From positions 355,167 to 419,166 of the forward strand of contig JBMNHG010000006.1 of assembly GCA_050950285.1 (NCBI GenBank): a DNA stretch of 64,000 bases. Direction: 5' to 3'. The translations under genes and the position numbers were made by a program. This DNA comes from Kiritimatiellia bacterium (GTDB lineage Bacteria > Verrucomicrobiota > Kiritimatiellia > RFP12 > JBMNHG01). Every line of letters begins with the position of its first letter. Position 1 is the first letter of the stretch. Under the pieces are notes generated by a model. The model was not told the DNA's origin, ran no database searches, and saw nothing but the letters and a program-made list of their open reading frames with translations. Below are positions 39,101 through 46,678 of the stretch, one piece after another.

Positions 39101-41149
39101 CAGCCCGGAATCCCGTGGCCCCGCAAGGCCATCCTCGAACAGGCCGTCAAGGGAGAGGCCGAACTCCGCGTCTACTCCGTGCAGTCCCGCCCCCTCACCG
39201 ACGATGAACTCGCCGCGCCCGCCAAGGTCTCGCGCAACGCCCGCATCCGCGACGAACAGGTCCGCGTCTCCCGCACCCTCATCGCCCGCCGCCCGAGGGA
39301 CGGCTCGCCCGACAACGTCGCGACCACCCTCGTGGCCGCCCCGCTCCTGGTGGAACTCCTCCACCCCGCCGCCGCCCTCTCCGGCGAAAGCGAAGCCGTC
39401 ATCTTCGTCCAGACCGAACGCGGCCGCCGTGCCGCCGGCGTCGGGGCGGAACCCGGCCGCTTCGACATCCGCGTGCCCGGCACCGTGCGCCTCGCCGCAC
39501 GCCCCGGCAACCTGCCCGCCATCCCTCCGCCCGTCGGCTACCGCGACGTCGCCATCGAAGGCAACCGCTACGCCCGCGCCGCACTGGACGACGGCCGCTT
39601 CTCGTTCGTGCTTCCCATGGAACTCGCCGCCGTTCCCGCCGACTCGCCCGCCGTCGCCGCGGAAAAACGCGCCCGCGCCGCCGCCAAGGCCGGCACCCGA
39701 CGCTACAACCGCGACTACGAACGCGAAATCGAACCGCCCGTCCTCGCGGTCTCCGGCGACGACACCGTCTACGTCGGCCTGCGCTACGACGATCCGGACG
39801 GCAAGGCCCCCCGCTGGCAAATCCATGCCGTCCAACTCACCTCCGACCCGTGGCTGCACGTGATGGACCGCCGCTACGTCGAGGAAATCTCCGCCGTGCA
39901 TGTCGGCGAAACCCTCTACCCCCGCGTGATCGACCACATCCTCGACACCTCCGACAACAAGGAGACGGCCTCCCTCTCCGTCAGCGGCATGGCCGGCGAC
40001 CCCCGCACCATCACCCTCACCGAAACCTTCGGGCACTCCGGCGTCTTCAAAGGCGCCCTCCGCCTCACCTTCGCGGGCGACACCGAAATCCCCGTCGGCG
40101 AGAACGACCTGCCCGTCAGCTATGGCGACGTGCTCCGCTTCGCCTACGCCCCCCCCGGCGGACGCACCGAAGCCCCCCTCGAATGGGACGTCGCCGTCCA
40201 CAAGGGCGCGGATGGCGCCGTGGCCCCCTTCACCAAGCAGTTCAAGGACCCGGACATCGCCATCCAAACCCAGTTCACCATGGCCGAAGCCTACTTCGAA
40301 ATGGCCAAGAAACACCGCGAACTCGGCCAGAGGGACCTCGCCAGGAAGGAAATCCGGCAAGGCCGCAAACTCCTCGAAGAGTCCCTGCGCGACTCCCCCA
40401 AGTCCGAGGCGCGCGCCCACGCCGACTACCTGCTCGCCGAGCTTTCCGTCCAGTTCGCCGACGAGACCGAAAACCCCGACGAGAAGCTCCGCCACTACCG
40501 CGACGCCGTGAACCGCTTCACCGAAATCGTCTCCACCTACCCCGAAAGCGCCTACGCGCCGAAGGCACAGTTCAAGAAGGCGCTCGCCTTCGAGAAACTG
40601 GGCGACATCGACCTCGCCTGCGAGGAGTACGTGAAGCTCTCGTACCGCTACCCCGACAACGAACTCGTCGCCGAAACCATCGCCCGCCTCGGAAACTACT
40701 TCACCGTCAAGAACCGCACCATGGTCGAAAAGGCCAAGGCCGAAAGCGACCTCGTCGAACGCGAGAAGCTCCTCGTCCAGGCCCGCGCCGCCGCCACCAC
40801 CGCCGCGCAAGTCTTCGGACGCCTCTCCGAACGCTTCCCCGACCATTCGCTCGCCTGGAAGACCCTCGTCCTCTCCGGCCAATGCTACCTGCGCGCCGAA
40901 AACTACGAAAAGGCCGTCGAAACCTTCCGCGGCGTGATCGCCTCCGAACAGGCCGGCCCCGACCTCGTGGCCCAGGCCATGTACTGGAGCGGCGACGCCC
41001 ACATGAAGAGCCACAAGCTCGTGGACGCCTACCGCATGTTCAAGAAGCTCACGTGGGACTACCCCGAATCGGTCTGGGCCAAATACGCCCGCGGCCGCCT
41101 CTCGGAAGACGCCATGGCCCGCATCGAAGCCGCGGAAGCCGGCAACTAG
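33125..41149 (+). CDS. giant secreted TPR protein (2674 aa) with repeated Ig-like modules and an F5/8C-like domain
   Basis: Signal peptide ...VAHA|QE; TPR blocks (AEANYQMALIRFDQEEY, PKAQFKKALAFEKLG, AQAMYWSGDA); repeated ETxxxSGxFxG modules; strong host codon bias. Confidence 0.85.
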   Translation: MNFRKNRPLYLLLSAAAFAVGLVAHAQEASPEAAKALSPAEEAFDAFFKQVQRDPGSISRDDMLKGLKTGLDLGRPVTAASAARLYLGQTQAPAPEVLRLAGDAACQAGDLVLAATRYRQYAGAAQGDAEAGRVAALMCRIQVDYLNNYEEAFQFMVESGDKFRASPEFRAFDLWFLRYARNTRNCVAHAGRIATMLGENRPIECDRLQLHGELEWLLDECRAMQPAHLAAAAHLKTIAGRLRESPALQSRTAFAAAAMAYRSGVQGKDDTALKTEVAAVTRAAVDCVAADPAADTLRYVSTCLCNDANLARRTAPDLRNALVEAFLKLPAAERDAFAPPTDGAYAWFYAPEFWTAAALRDPAYFQASPRTARLRFVTSGGAPKMFALLAPALKAVPSVDAAVVAAVAADNDPQAAIGRLVAQHAGLLSAGGFWEAYRKVVDVERQLPRDEGAPTPDATALLARFTRDTALASPLMLDPAGANAALRALWAIPDAADPANKAAFVPLLESMAWVPYADADSRAQAFRGVSQDIAKWAAEVREDVKAGKDGAAANAETVSRLDTLVKTLSDAGFACDPAVAPDDLCRTVSSVGAALAAKDQAAFDAAARSLVTAAHACDDDRTPFAFAALLWLGNLRGGDIDPLPVQLEALAGQAARDPGGPNRTTHELWAALCSQHREWGNLGRVRPEDKEDIRKVSDTLAKVILDGLQQQDQFSPTLFWWFRTTRVGAGWKENSWNADVVRAMAERQNREPRNPGIDGVGGAITLVRLCRDEFAALQEELPPRSAFDDLMAREVAGGDTIPPRDFWNYSPDSDRKVRDALANRLAQLPAYPFGAHPQLPVFHRDTYWDAYGRAITGASEGPRAALAAHAWNGLGSVFFDDYAVGACALPAFQTDEASRAAFFGKLAEVCDRAAQVPGTRCSPPYLPGLEKLAKAEDVTNGELDVLLRFADAFCPYDGPHNKNADHALLLAIQALRLRGRSGEVFPLLAQYLRVARELRNGHVYNRFVALGSEFLDAGETELAAAVGNLASVMQGLELNSEQRNAILAVRAKALAGIGGTIPVDRGDARYPIFAAQADFLVGKFGTAWEWYLSAASRLPATLKELDPAFVLWLVERHTDVGDFDQAEDIARQMLQWAGTSGQGFDREARARLQFDYATIAKARQEYPKARAMYEQIAAGKEYDGTQGQRAAELGIAEIDRLTRQYDAALARLDKLSRRNDPYLQAEANYQMALIRFDQEEYVGAKELIEKVFVLEPAHVNGRLLEGKINLSLKKLVEATEVTVGQSGMQEVLVPGKPLKVQLMDRNLAVVGQGSSIEVRAWTDSGDEEFLTLLPFGDSRTKFEGTVPTALGAPEKGDRILQVRGGDFVHYDFSERFMKANKIEGSQAVAIRVASAGEIFASSGRILSREEQENLALERMIRERLRSRIEADDTLLSTVRKSSEIKPGNPINVRVIDPDRSGTPEKDTVTVRVSSTSGDAIDSLELVETEPFSGVFEGQIPTLSAPATAFASDSEEGREPVYAIAGVADHPGWAGLPDGRRPKTLSVDLNELAALGTLTIAADETGHRIKRFALQTSKSGREFQTVAAWPDNLPPWNGTARFELARLAGYSRLPRTLEECRDYMDSGYLTDGVTKLYLRPLRPEISFKEDVGGHAQNLRLAARGANSWYIGRFSAAFYLEQRQMASFRVDIQGGTTRDINAFLAVDGIPADPKTRTFNGSLGRGGHVVEFFFAAQRNAKPTWTLLSDIENPPELTACSDRFFDPARFPKDERAPLFTPAEIQADEAGGVFTVTFPEDTEARTLRIVAADFEGQAPAIRSITLDHADGGTLLPPPVDIVSLRRNRTLEIVPGDRVTIAYEDPSPLDPKKAVSEAQMTATFNDATVEACFVESILHGDGVREPVYIPMRRFCVGDALTLFVSDPDMDVSDQRDQVTLEVRSGSAKLTVQALETEPHSGIFLARIFPVEGEPSRDTELRVGPGDDIEITYLDVENTQPGIPWPRKAILEQAVKGEAELRVYSVQSRPLTDDELAAPAKVSRNARIRDEQVRVSRTLIARRPRDGSPDNVATTLVAAPLLVELLHPAAALSGESEAVIFVQTERGRRAAGVGAEPGRFDIRVPGTVRLAARPGNLPAIPPPVGYRDVAIEGNRYARAALDDGRFSFVLPMELAAVPADSPAVAAEKRARAAAKAGTRRYNRDYEREIEPPVLAVSGDDTVYVGLRYDDPDGKAPRWQIHAVQLTSDPWLHVMDRRYVEEISAVHVGETLYPRVIDHILDTSDNKETASLSVSGMAGDPRTITLTETFGHSGVFKGALRLTFAGDTEIPVGENDLPVSYGDVLRFAYAPPGGRTEAPLEWDVAVHKGADGAVAPFTKQFKDPDIAIQTQFTMAEAYFEMAKKHRELGQRDLARKEIRQGRKLLEESLRDSPKSEARAHADYLLAELSVQFADETENPDEKLRHYRDAVNRFTEIVSTYPESAYAPKAQFKKALAFEKLGDIDLACEEYVKLSYRYPDNELVAETIARLGNYFTVKNRTMVEKAKAESDLVEREKLLVQARAAATTAAQVFGRLSERFPDHSLAWKTLVLSGQCYLRAENYEKAVETFRGVIASEQAGPDLVAQAMYWSGDAHMKSHKLVDAYRMFKKLTWDYPESVWAKYARGRLSEDAMARIEAAEAGN

Positions 41150-41181
41150 CGGGACTTTCGCTATTCGCGGTCGGCAAAACT

Positions 41182-41605
41182 TTTACTGGGTATGCAGTTG
41201 ACTCAACCTGCCACAACCTGTAGTATGCCCATCAATAAACGACTATCCGACCAGCATGGCCGAATTGGACCGCAGGTTTGCGACGCAGGACGCCTGTCTG
41301 GCTTATTTGGCGACGCTGGGAACCACGAAGAGCCGCGTTCTGCTGTTTGACAAGCTACTAACTCGGCCACAATTCATACTGCAAAACAGGGGCACGGGTT
41401 TTCCAACCCGTGACACGGACAGGAATGTCCATGCCCCTTTCCCAACTCCAAATTCCAGCTCCTCATGCCTGAATCTCCGTGAGCAGCGCTATTTGTGGCC
41501 GGGTTAGTAGCATTATTGGCGGTCGTCACAGCCCCCAACCCGCGATCAAAAATCGTGCCGCCACAAGATGTTGTGTCTGGTTGAGCCAACTGCATACCCA
41601 GTAAA
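41182..41605 (+). mobile_element. internally deleted IS1595-family element (MITE-like)
   Basis: ~35-bp imperfect terminal IRs TTTACTGGGTATGCAGTTG(A/G)CTCAACC; residual transposase N-terminus DYPTSMAELDRRFATQDACLAYL fused to C-terminus-like KSRVLLFDKLL. Confidence 0.8.
41388..41438. repeat. REP-like double hairpin inside the MITE
   Basis: AGGGG-CACGGGTT ttcc AACCCGTG-a-CACGGACA ggaa TGTCCATG-CCCCT. Confidence 0.65.
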
Positions 41606-41691
41606 CTTTTTTGCCGATTTGAAGGTCGTTTCGACCCCGTTTTTGGCCGTTTTCGAGCGTTTTTGCTTCAAAAACGCTCGAAAAACGTCTG

Positions 41692-42840
41692 TTAAAAATC
41701 GTGGAACACCTCGACTTCCACATGCGCCTTGCCTTCAAGTTCCTCCGGCGACAGGCCTTCCTTGAAGACGACGTCGGCGACGTCGAAGTCAAACCGCCTC
41801 CCACCCGTCTGGTACTTGCCGAGATACGGCAGATTGAAGAGGTAGATGCCTTGCGCGCCTTCGCGCCAGAACTTCGCCGCCACGCCTCGATACATCTCCG
41901 GCGTCATCCAAACGTCCTTGCCGCCGACGTTCGCCACGCAGTCGATGCCGGGGACGACCCGGACCTCCGGATCGGCGGCGGCCATTCGGGACCGCCACTT
42001 CGCGACGGCGATTCCGGAATCCGTCTTGTAGAAGCTGTGGGGCACGACCAGGTCGACCAGCCCCTCCCTCGCCCATGCCGCGACGTCCATGCCCATTTTC
42101 GTCCAGGCCAGATCCGGATCGCGGCAGACGCGCACGCCGAGCGCGATTCGACGCCCGCGCCCGGCCCCGGTTTCGTCCAGGACCTGCCGCGCCTGGCGCA
42201 TGAATCCATCGAGGCAATGCGCATCCGACCGCTCGCGCCCCGGGCGAAGATGACGCCCGAACCGCATCCAGTCAAGCTCGACGCCGTCCACGTCCCACCG
42301 CTCGACGATTTCGCGCAAATGCGCAAGATTGTAGTCCCGCACCTCTTGCCGGGCGTAATCCAGGCTTGAGTCCGCCCATTCCTTCCCCGTCGGATCGATC
42401 CACAAATCCTTGCGCGTGCGGCAGAACGTCGTCTTGCGGAAGTAGTTGGGAACATCGGGGATGTGGACGTCGTTCATCCGCATGGACAGCCACGGCGAGA
42501 CGCCGCGCTCATGGCAGCGTTTCGTCCACACGGCGTAGGGGTCGACGCCCTTGTCGTGCAGAATCTTCGCGTTGACGCACCAGATGTTGCCGGTCTTGCC
42601 AAAATGGTCGGGCTCGTCCACGCCGGCCCAGATCGGCTCCCACGTCTTTGAGGCGAAGCTCGCGCGTTGTCCCGACGGACACATGAAAAAGTGCGTGACT
42701 TTGCCTTGGCAGGTGTAGTCGATGTAATCGCGCAGGGCCTCCTCCGTCATCAGTTCGGAGGGATTCTTGAACCAGTGGTCGTTGTCCTCGTTGACGATCA
42801 GCCAGGGTCTTTCGGCGCGAAGTCCTGAAACGGCGTTCAT
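41692..42840 (-). CDS. putative glycoside hydrolase (GHL10/DUF187-like TIM barrel)
   Basis: SMRMNDVH, LDYARQEVRD, DVDGVELDWMR, GAQGIYLFN. Confidence 0.75.
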   Translation of the reverse strand: MNAVSGLRAERPWLIVNEDNDHWFKNPSELMTEEALRDYIDYTCQGKVTHFFMCPSGQRASFASKTWEPIWAGVDEPDHFGKTGNIWCVNAKILHDKGVDPYAVWTKRCHERGVSPWLSMRMNDVHIPDVPNYFRKTTFCRTRKDLWIDPTGKEWADSSLDYARQEVRDYNLAHLREIVERWDVDGVELDWMRFGRHLRPGRERSDAHCLDGFMRQARQVLDETGAGRGRRIALGVRVCRDPDLAWTKMGMDVAAWAREGLVDLVVPHSFYKTDSGIAVAKWRSRMAAADPEVRVVPGIDCVANVGGKDVWMTPEMYRGVAAKFWREGAQGIYLFNLPYLGKYQTGGRRFDFDVADVVFKEGLSPEELEGKAHVEVEVFHDF

Positions 42841-42906
42841 CGTGGCTTTTCTCCTGTACAATTGTCGATAAAACGGAAGGACGGCGGCCTTGTTTCCGAT
42901 CCAATG

Positions 42907-43509
42907 TCACTTGATCGTCACTTCCTTGCCTGCGGCGGCGGAGCGATAGAGGCCGTCGAGAATCTTCTGGACGGCGAGCCCGTCGTAGCCGGAGGCGCCG
43001 AGCTCGGTGCCCTTCAGGCAGCCGTCGACCCAGTTCTGGAGCTTGCGCTTGAAGAGGGAGCCCCAGTCCTGCGTGCCGAGGTAGACGGGCTTGGCATTGA
43101 CCATGAGGTCGTTGAGATCGGTGTAGATCTCGCCTTCCTCCCAGTTGCAGCCGCCCTTGGTGCCCATGGCGGTGAAGTTCTGCACCTCATGCTCCTTCAT
43201 GTGGCAGGCGAAGGCGGATTCGATCTGCATGATCGCGCCGTTGTCGAAGCGAATCTGCCCGACGGCGAGGTCCTCGACCGTGTAGGTCTTCCAATCCCAG
43301 CCAGGCCAGGAGCTCAGCGTGTTGGAGGGCTTGTCGCCGAGGTACGTCCACGTGTTGGCGCTGGCGGCGATCGGCTTGGGATTGCCCATGAACTCAAGGG
43401 CGGCCTCGACGATGTGAACGCCGATGTCGATGAGCGGACCGCCGCCCTGGAGCTCCTTCTGGCCGAAGACGCCCCAGTTGGGGATGCCGCGACGGCGCAG
43501 GGCCTGCAC
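42907..43509 (-). pseudogene. Gfo/Idh/MocA oxidoreductase, C-terminal half only
   Basis: ALRRRGIPNWGVF..KELQGGGPLIDIGVH, VEDLAVGQIRF; NAD-binding Rossmann domain absent. Confidence 0.8.
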
Positions 43510-43599
43510 CTTTTGTTGAATGGTTGAATTGAATGATTGAACGCCTCGGACACCCGTCGTAAGCACCTCGTATTGTAACAAAAGGGAAACGGAAAAAGT

Positions 43600-43638
43600 T
43601 CGCAAATATGGATCCGATTTATCTGCTGATCGCGTCTT
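43600..43638 (-). promoter_or_regulatory. 39-bp motif copy A (candidate activator site)
   Basis: TCGCAAATATGGATCCGATTTATCTGCTGATCGCGTCTT; TGnTACAAT 22 nt downstream on minus strand. Confidence 0.7.
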
Positions 43639-44788
43639 TTCTCCAGGCCGTCAAGGTCGTGCCGGTGGCGCGGCGGAAGTCGCGGCAGAGTTCGGATGGA
43701 TTGCGATATCCGCAGAAATCGGAGATTGCCGACAGTCCCTGTCGTGGATTGGCGAGCAGTTCCTTCACGCGGGCGATGCGCGCGGCGCGGATTTCCTCGA
43801 AAATGGAATGCCCCACGGCTGACGTGAAAAGACGATCGGCGAAGCGTCGGCTGACGCCCATCGACCGGGCGACCTCCACCGGCGTGATCCCGTGGCACGC
43901 CTCGCGGCGGATCCGCTCGAGCGCGGCGGCAATCCGCCGATCCCGGAACCGGCGGCTCGACGCTCGCCGCACGAGCGCCCGTGCGCCAAACATCTCGGTG
44001 GCCGCCGGCGCCGTTGGATCCGCCATCCGGGCGTCGAGAAGGCGGGCCGCCTGCCGTCCGGCGGACTGGACGTCGAGCGCGATGCTGGACAGCGTGACCG
44101 AGGCGTTCTCGCAGAGTTCGGCATCGTTGTCCACGCCGACCACCGCGACATCGCCCGGCACGTCGAGCCCGGCCGTCTCGCAGGCCATGATCACAAGCCG
44201 CGCGACGATGTCGCTCACGGCAAAAACGCCGCAAGGGAGCGGGAGCCTTCCCAGTTGATCCGCCAGCGCCTGGACCGACTTCTCCCCGCGCTTGCTTTCA
44301 AGAAGGTGGAACCGCTTGCCGTTCATGCGCACGATCCTGGCGAATTCCCCGCCACGGGCCTGGCTCCAGGGCAGGTTCTCGAAAAAAGGCGCAAACGCGA
44401 AGTCGTCGATGCCCGACGACAGGAGCTCGCGGGCCGCGAGCCGCGCGATGGAGGCGGCGTCGGAATGCACGCAGACGGCGTCCCGCCCGGCCTGTCCCGG
44501 GTAGCAGTCGAGAAACACCACCGGAACCGTTCCAAACGACGCGGGGTCGAAGGCCGGGGCGATTCCGCCGCATTGGACGATGACGCCATCCGGGCGCCAG
44601 AATTTGACGAGCCAGGCGGCGTCGATCGGCGGTGCCCCGTCGTCTGGATGCGGCTTTTCGTGCGTCACCGTCTCTCCGACCACCTGCACGTTCCACCCCG
44701 CCTCGCGGGCGTGCTGGAACACGCCGTCCCGCGACAGGCGGTCCGACGACTGCGCCGAGGCCTTGAAGAGCAGGATTCGTTTTTTCAT
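43619..44788 (-). CDS. XylR-like transcriptional regulator (LacI-type sensor plus AraC HTH)
   Basis: LPLPCGVFAVSD, VPGDVAVVGVDND..LCE, LSSI; C-terminal EEIRAARIARVKELL...ISDFCGY.NPSELCRDFRR.TG.T. Confidence 0.88.
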   Translation of the reverse strand: MKKRILLFKASAQSSDRLSRDGVFQHAREAGWNVQVVGETVTHEKPHPDDGAPPIDAAWLVKFWRPDGVIVQCGGIAPAFDPASFGTVPVVFLDCYPGQAGRDAVCVHSDAASIARLAARELLSSGIDDFAFAPFFENLPWSQARGGEFARIVRMNGKRFHLLESKRGEKSVQALADQLGRLPLPCGVFAVSDIVARLVIMACETAGLDVPGDVAVVGVDNDAELCENASVTLSSIALDVQSAGRQAARLLDARMADPTAPAATEMFGARALVRRASSRRFRDRRIAAALERIRREACHGITPVEVARSMGVSRRFADRLFTSAVGHSIFEEIRAARIARVKELLANPRQGLSAISDFCGYRNPSELCRDFRRATGTTLTAWRKDAISR

Positions 44789-45082
44789 GGAGTCAAGATG
44801 CGACGCTTTCGCCAGGCTTTCGGATTGGGAAGCGAAAGCGGCAGGAATTCGGTTTCCCGCGCTTCGGAAATATCGCAACCTCCTTTTGCGGCGGGCATTG
44901 TCGTGGAAGCCCATCTGGAAGTCAACCCGCAAGCAAGGAAGGTGGTAGCCGGTCCGTCGGAGAGGTCGGGCAACCTTCGGCCATGGATTGGCTCGACCGA
45001 ATGCCAGTCGCAAGTCGCTAGTGGCAAAGATCACGACAAAGGCTTTTAGCTCCCCCGAATCTCCGAGTATGGCTTTTTATGG

Positions 45083-45210
45083 TTTTTGACTGACCTCGAC
45101 TGACGCTGACGCCCGTCGACTTCCATCAATGGAGAAGTCGACGCTTGTCGGTCCCAGTCGACATTGACGGGAGTCGCTCAGTCGAAGGGAGTCGATGTCA
45201 GTCGCAAAAA
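45083..45210. repeat. imperfect ~130-bp palindrome built from GTCGA/GACT units
   Basis: Perfect stem CGTCGACTTC (45114-45123)/GAAGTCGACG (45134-45143); outer arms TTTTTGACTGAC...GTCAGTCGCAAAAA. Confidence 0.65.
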
Positions 45211-45285
45211 AGCGCCTCTAGCCGCTCTTCTCGACAAAGTTCTTTTCGACAAAGCCGCCCTGCGGCTTCCCCGGCCGTCGGCCGC

Positions 45286-46611
45286 TCACGGCGCAGGCCA
45301 CCCGCCGCGCTTCATCCGCCGCTTCTCCATCGGAAGCGGCACCATGCGCAGCAGACAGGCAAGACCGGGCAGCAGCAGCGCAAAGGCGAACGCGAAGTAG
45401 CGTCGATAGACCGGAACCATCACGGCCCCGGTTGCCGACGGCTCGATCCCCCGCCCCAAGAAGTGCAGCAGCCCGCCCGAAAGCATCATGCCGGCCAGGC
45501 CCGCCCCAACGCCGGTCGCCATGTTCAGCAGCATCGTGGCCGACACGCGGCGCTCGGGCGGCACCGTCTGCAGAAAATAGTGCGTCACGGAGTTCTCGGA
45601 CGTGACCCGCGTCGCCCCGGCGAGAGCGAAAAGCAAGGTTGCCAACGGCATCGCCGCGGAAGGCGACGCCGGCGCGCACGACCACAGGACGGCCGTGGCG
45701 AGCGTCAGGCCATAGGCGAGAATCAGCATCTTGCGCGGCCCGATGCGGCTGATGATCCGAGCCGCCACGACCGCGGCCATCGCCGCCGAGGCGTACTGGA
45801 CCAGCGAGAAAAGCAGCGCCCCGGTGTCGCTCACGCCATAGCCCTTCTTCACGAAAAGCACCGACACCGGCGAAAGCATGACCAGCGAGAGGTTGTTGAC
45901 GAAGCCGCCCATCAGCAGCCGGCGCAGCGAAGGGTCGCGGAAGGCCGCGACCATTTCATGCGCCACGGGACGCCGGGCCGAGTCGCGGATCGCGGACGTC
46001 TCGTCAATCCGGCGCAGGAACGTCGCGGAGAAGATGCCCAGCGCCGAGCCGGCGACGATGATCAAGGAAATGGCGAGAAGCGTTTCCGAGAACTGGAGCA
46101 CGAGGCTGATCGCGATCAACCCCAAAAAACTGCTGATGGAAAACATGGCGCTGTTGGAGGCGATCACCTGCGGGCGTTCGTCATCCGTCGAAATGTCGCC
46201 CACGAGCGGCTGCGACATCACGACGCCGGCGGCGCGGAACCCGTAGAAGAAAAACGCGCCCCCGACCAGGCAGGCCAGCGACAGAGCCCTCAGCCCGAAG
46301 CAATGCCAAAGCGCGGAAGAGGCCACGGCCAGCGCGGCAATGTTGCGCACCACCCAGAAAAAGGCCTGGCTTCGCGCGCCCCCGACCCGGGCGGAGACGA
46401 CCTTGCCCAGGGGGAGCAGCAAAAAGCCGAAGAAGAACATGCCCCCGAGGACGGCGGTCACGACATCCGAGAATCCGAGCTTCACCGCCAGCAGAATCAT
46501 GAGCGTCTCGCCAACGCACATGTAGGAAAGGCCGTTGACGGCGTTGAAGGCGTTCATGTTGCGCTGCGAGCGCCGGCGCTGTCCGGGCGTGAGGTCTTGT
46601 TCGAGAATCAT
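45286..46611 (-). CDS. MFS transporter
   Basis: 441 aa, about 12 hydrophobic segments, ISRIGPRK loop motif. Confidence 0.8.
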   Translation of the reverse strand: MILEQDLTPGQRRRSQRNMNAFNAVNGLSYMCVGETLMILLAVKLGFSDVVTAVLGGMFFFGFLLLPLGKVVSARVGGARSQAFFWVVRNIAALAVASSALWHCFGLRALSLACLVGGAFFFYGFRAAGVVMSQPLVGDISTDDERPQVIASNSAMFSISSFLGLIAISLVLQFSETLLAISLIIVAGSALGIFSATFLRRIDETSAIRDSARRPVAHEMVAAFRDPSLRRLLMGGFVNNLSLVMLSPVSVLFVKKGYGVSDTGALLFSLVQYASAAMAAVVAARIISRIGPRKMLILAYGLTLATAVLWSCAPASPSAAMPLATLLFALAGATRVTSENSVTHYFLQTVPPERRVSATMLLNMATGVGAGLAGMMLSGGLLHFLGRGIEPSATGAVMVPVYRRYFAFAFALLLPGLACLLRMVPLPMEKRRMKRGGWPAP

Positions 46612-46678
46612 GGAATTGCCAGGGAAAGAAAAGCAGGGAAACGCGGCGACGCCGCAATGGTCGCAACCTGTATGGGGC

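Noticed and set aside
32891..41014. 2707-aa antisense ORF and similar long shadow ORFs (344-2509, 4724-9583, 29594-32956, 49340-52717)
   Set aside because: They mirror well-supported genes on the other strand and have no motifs; expected from high-GC codon bias
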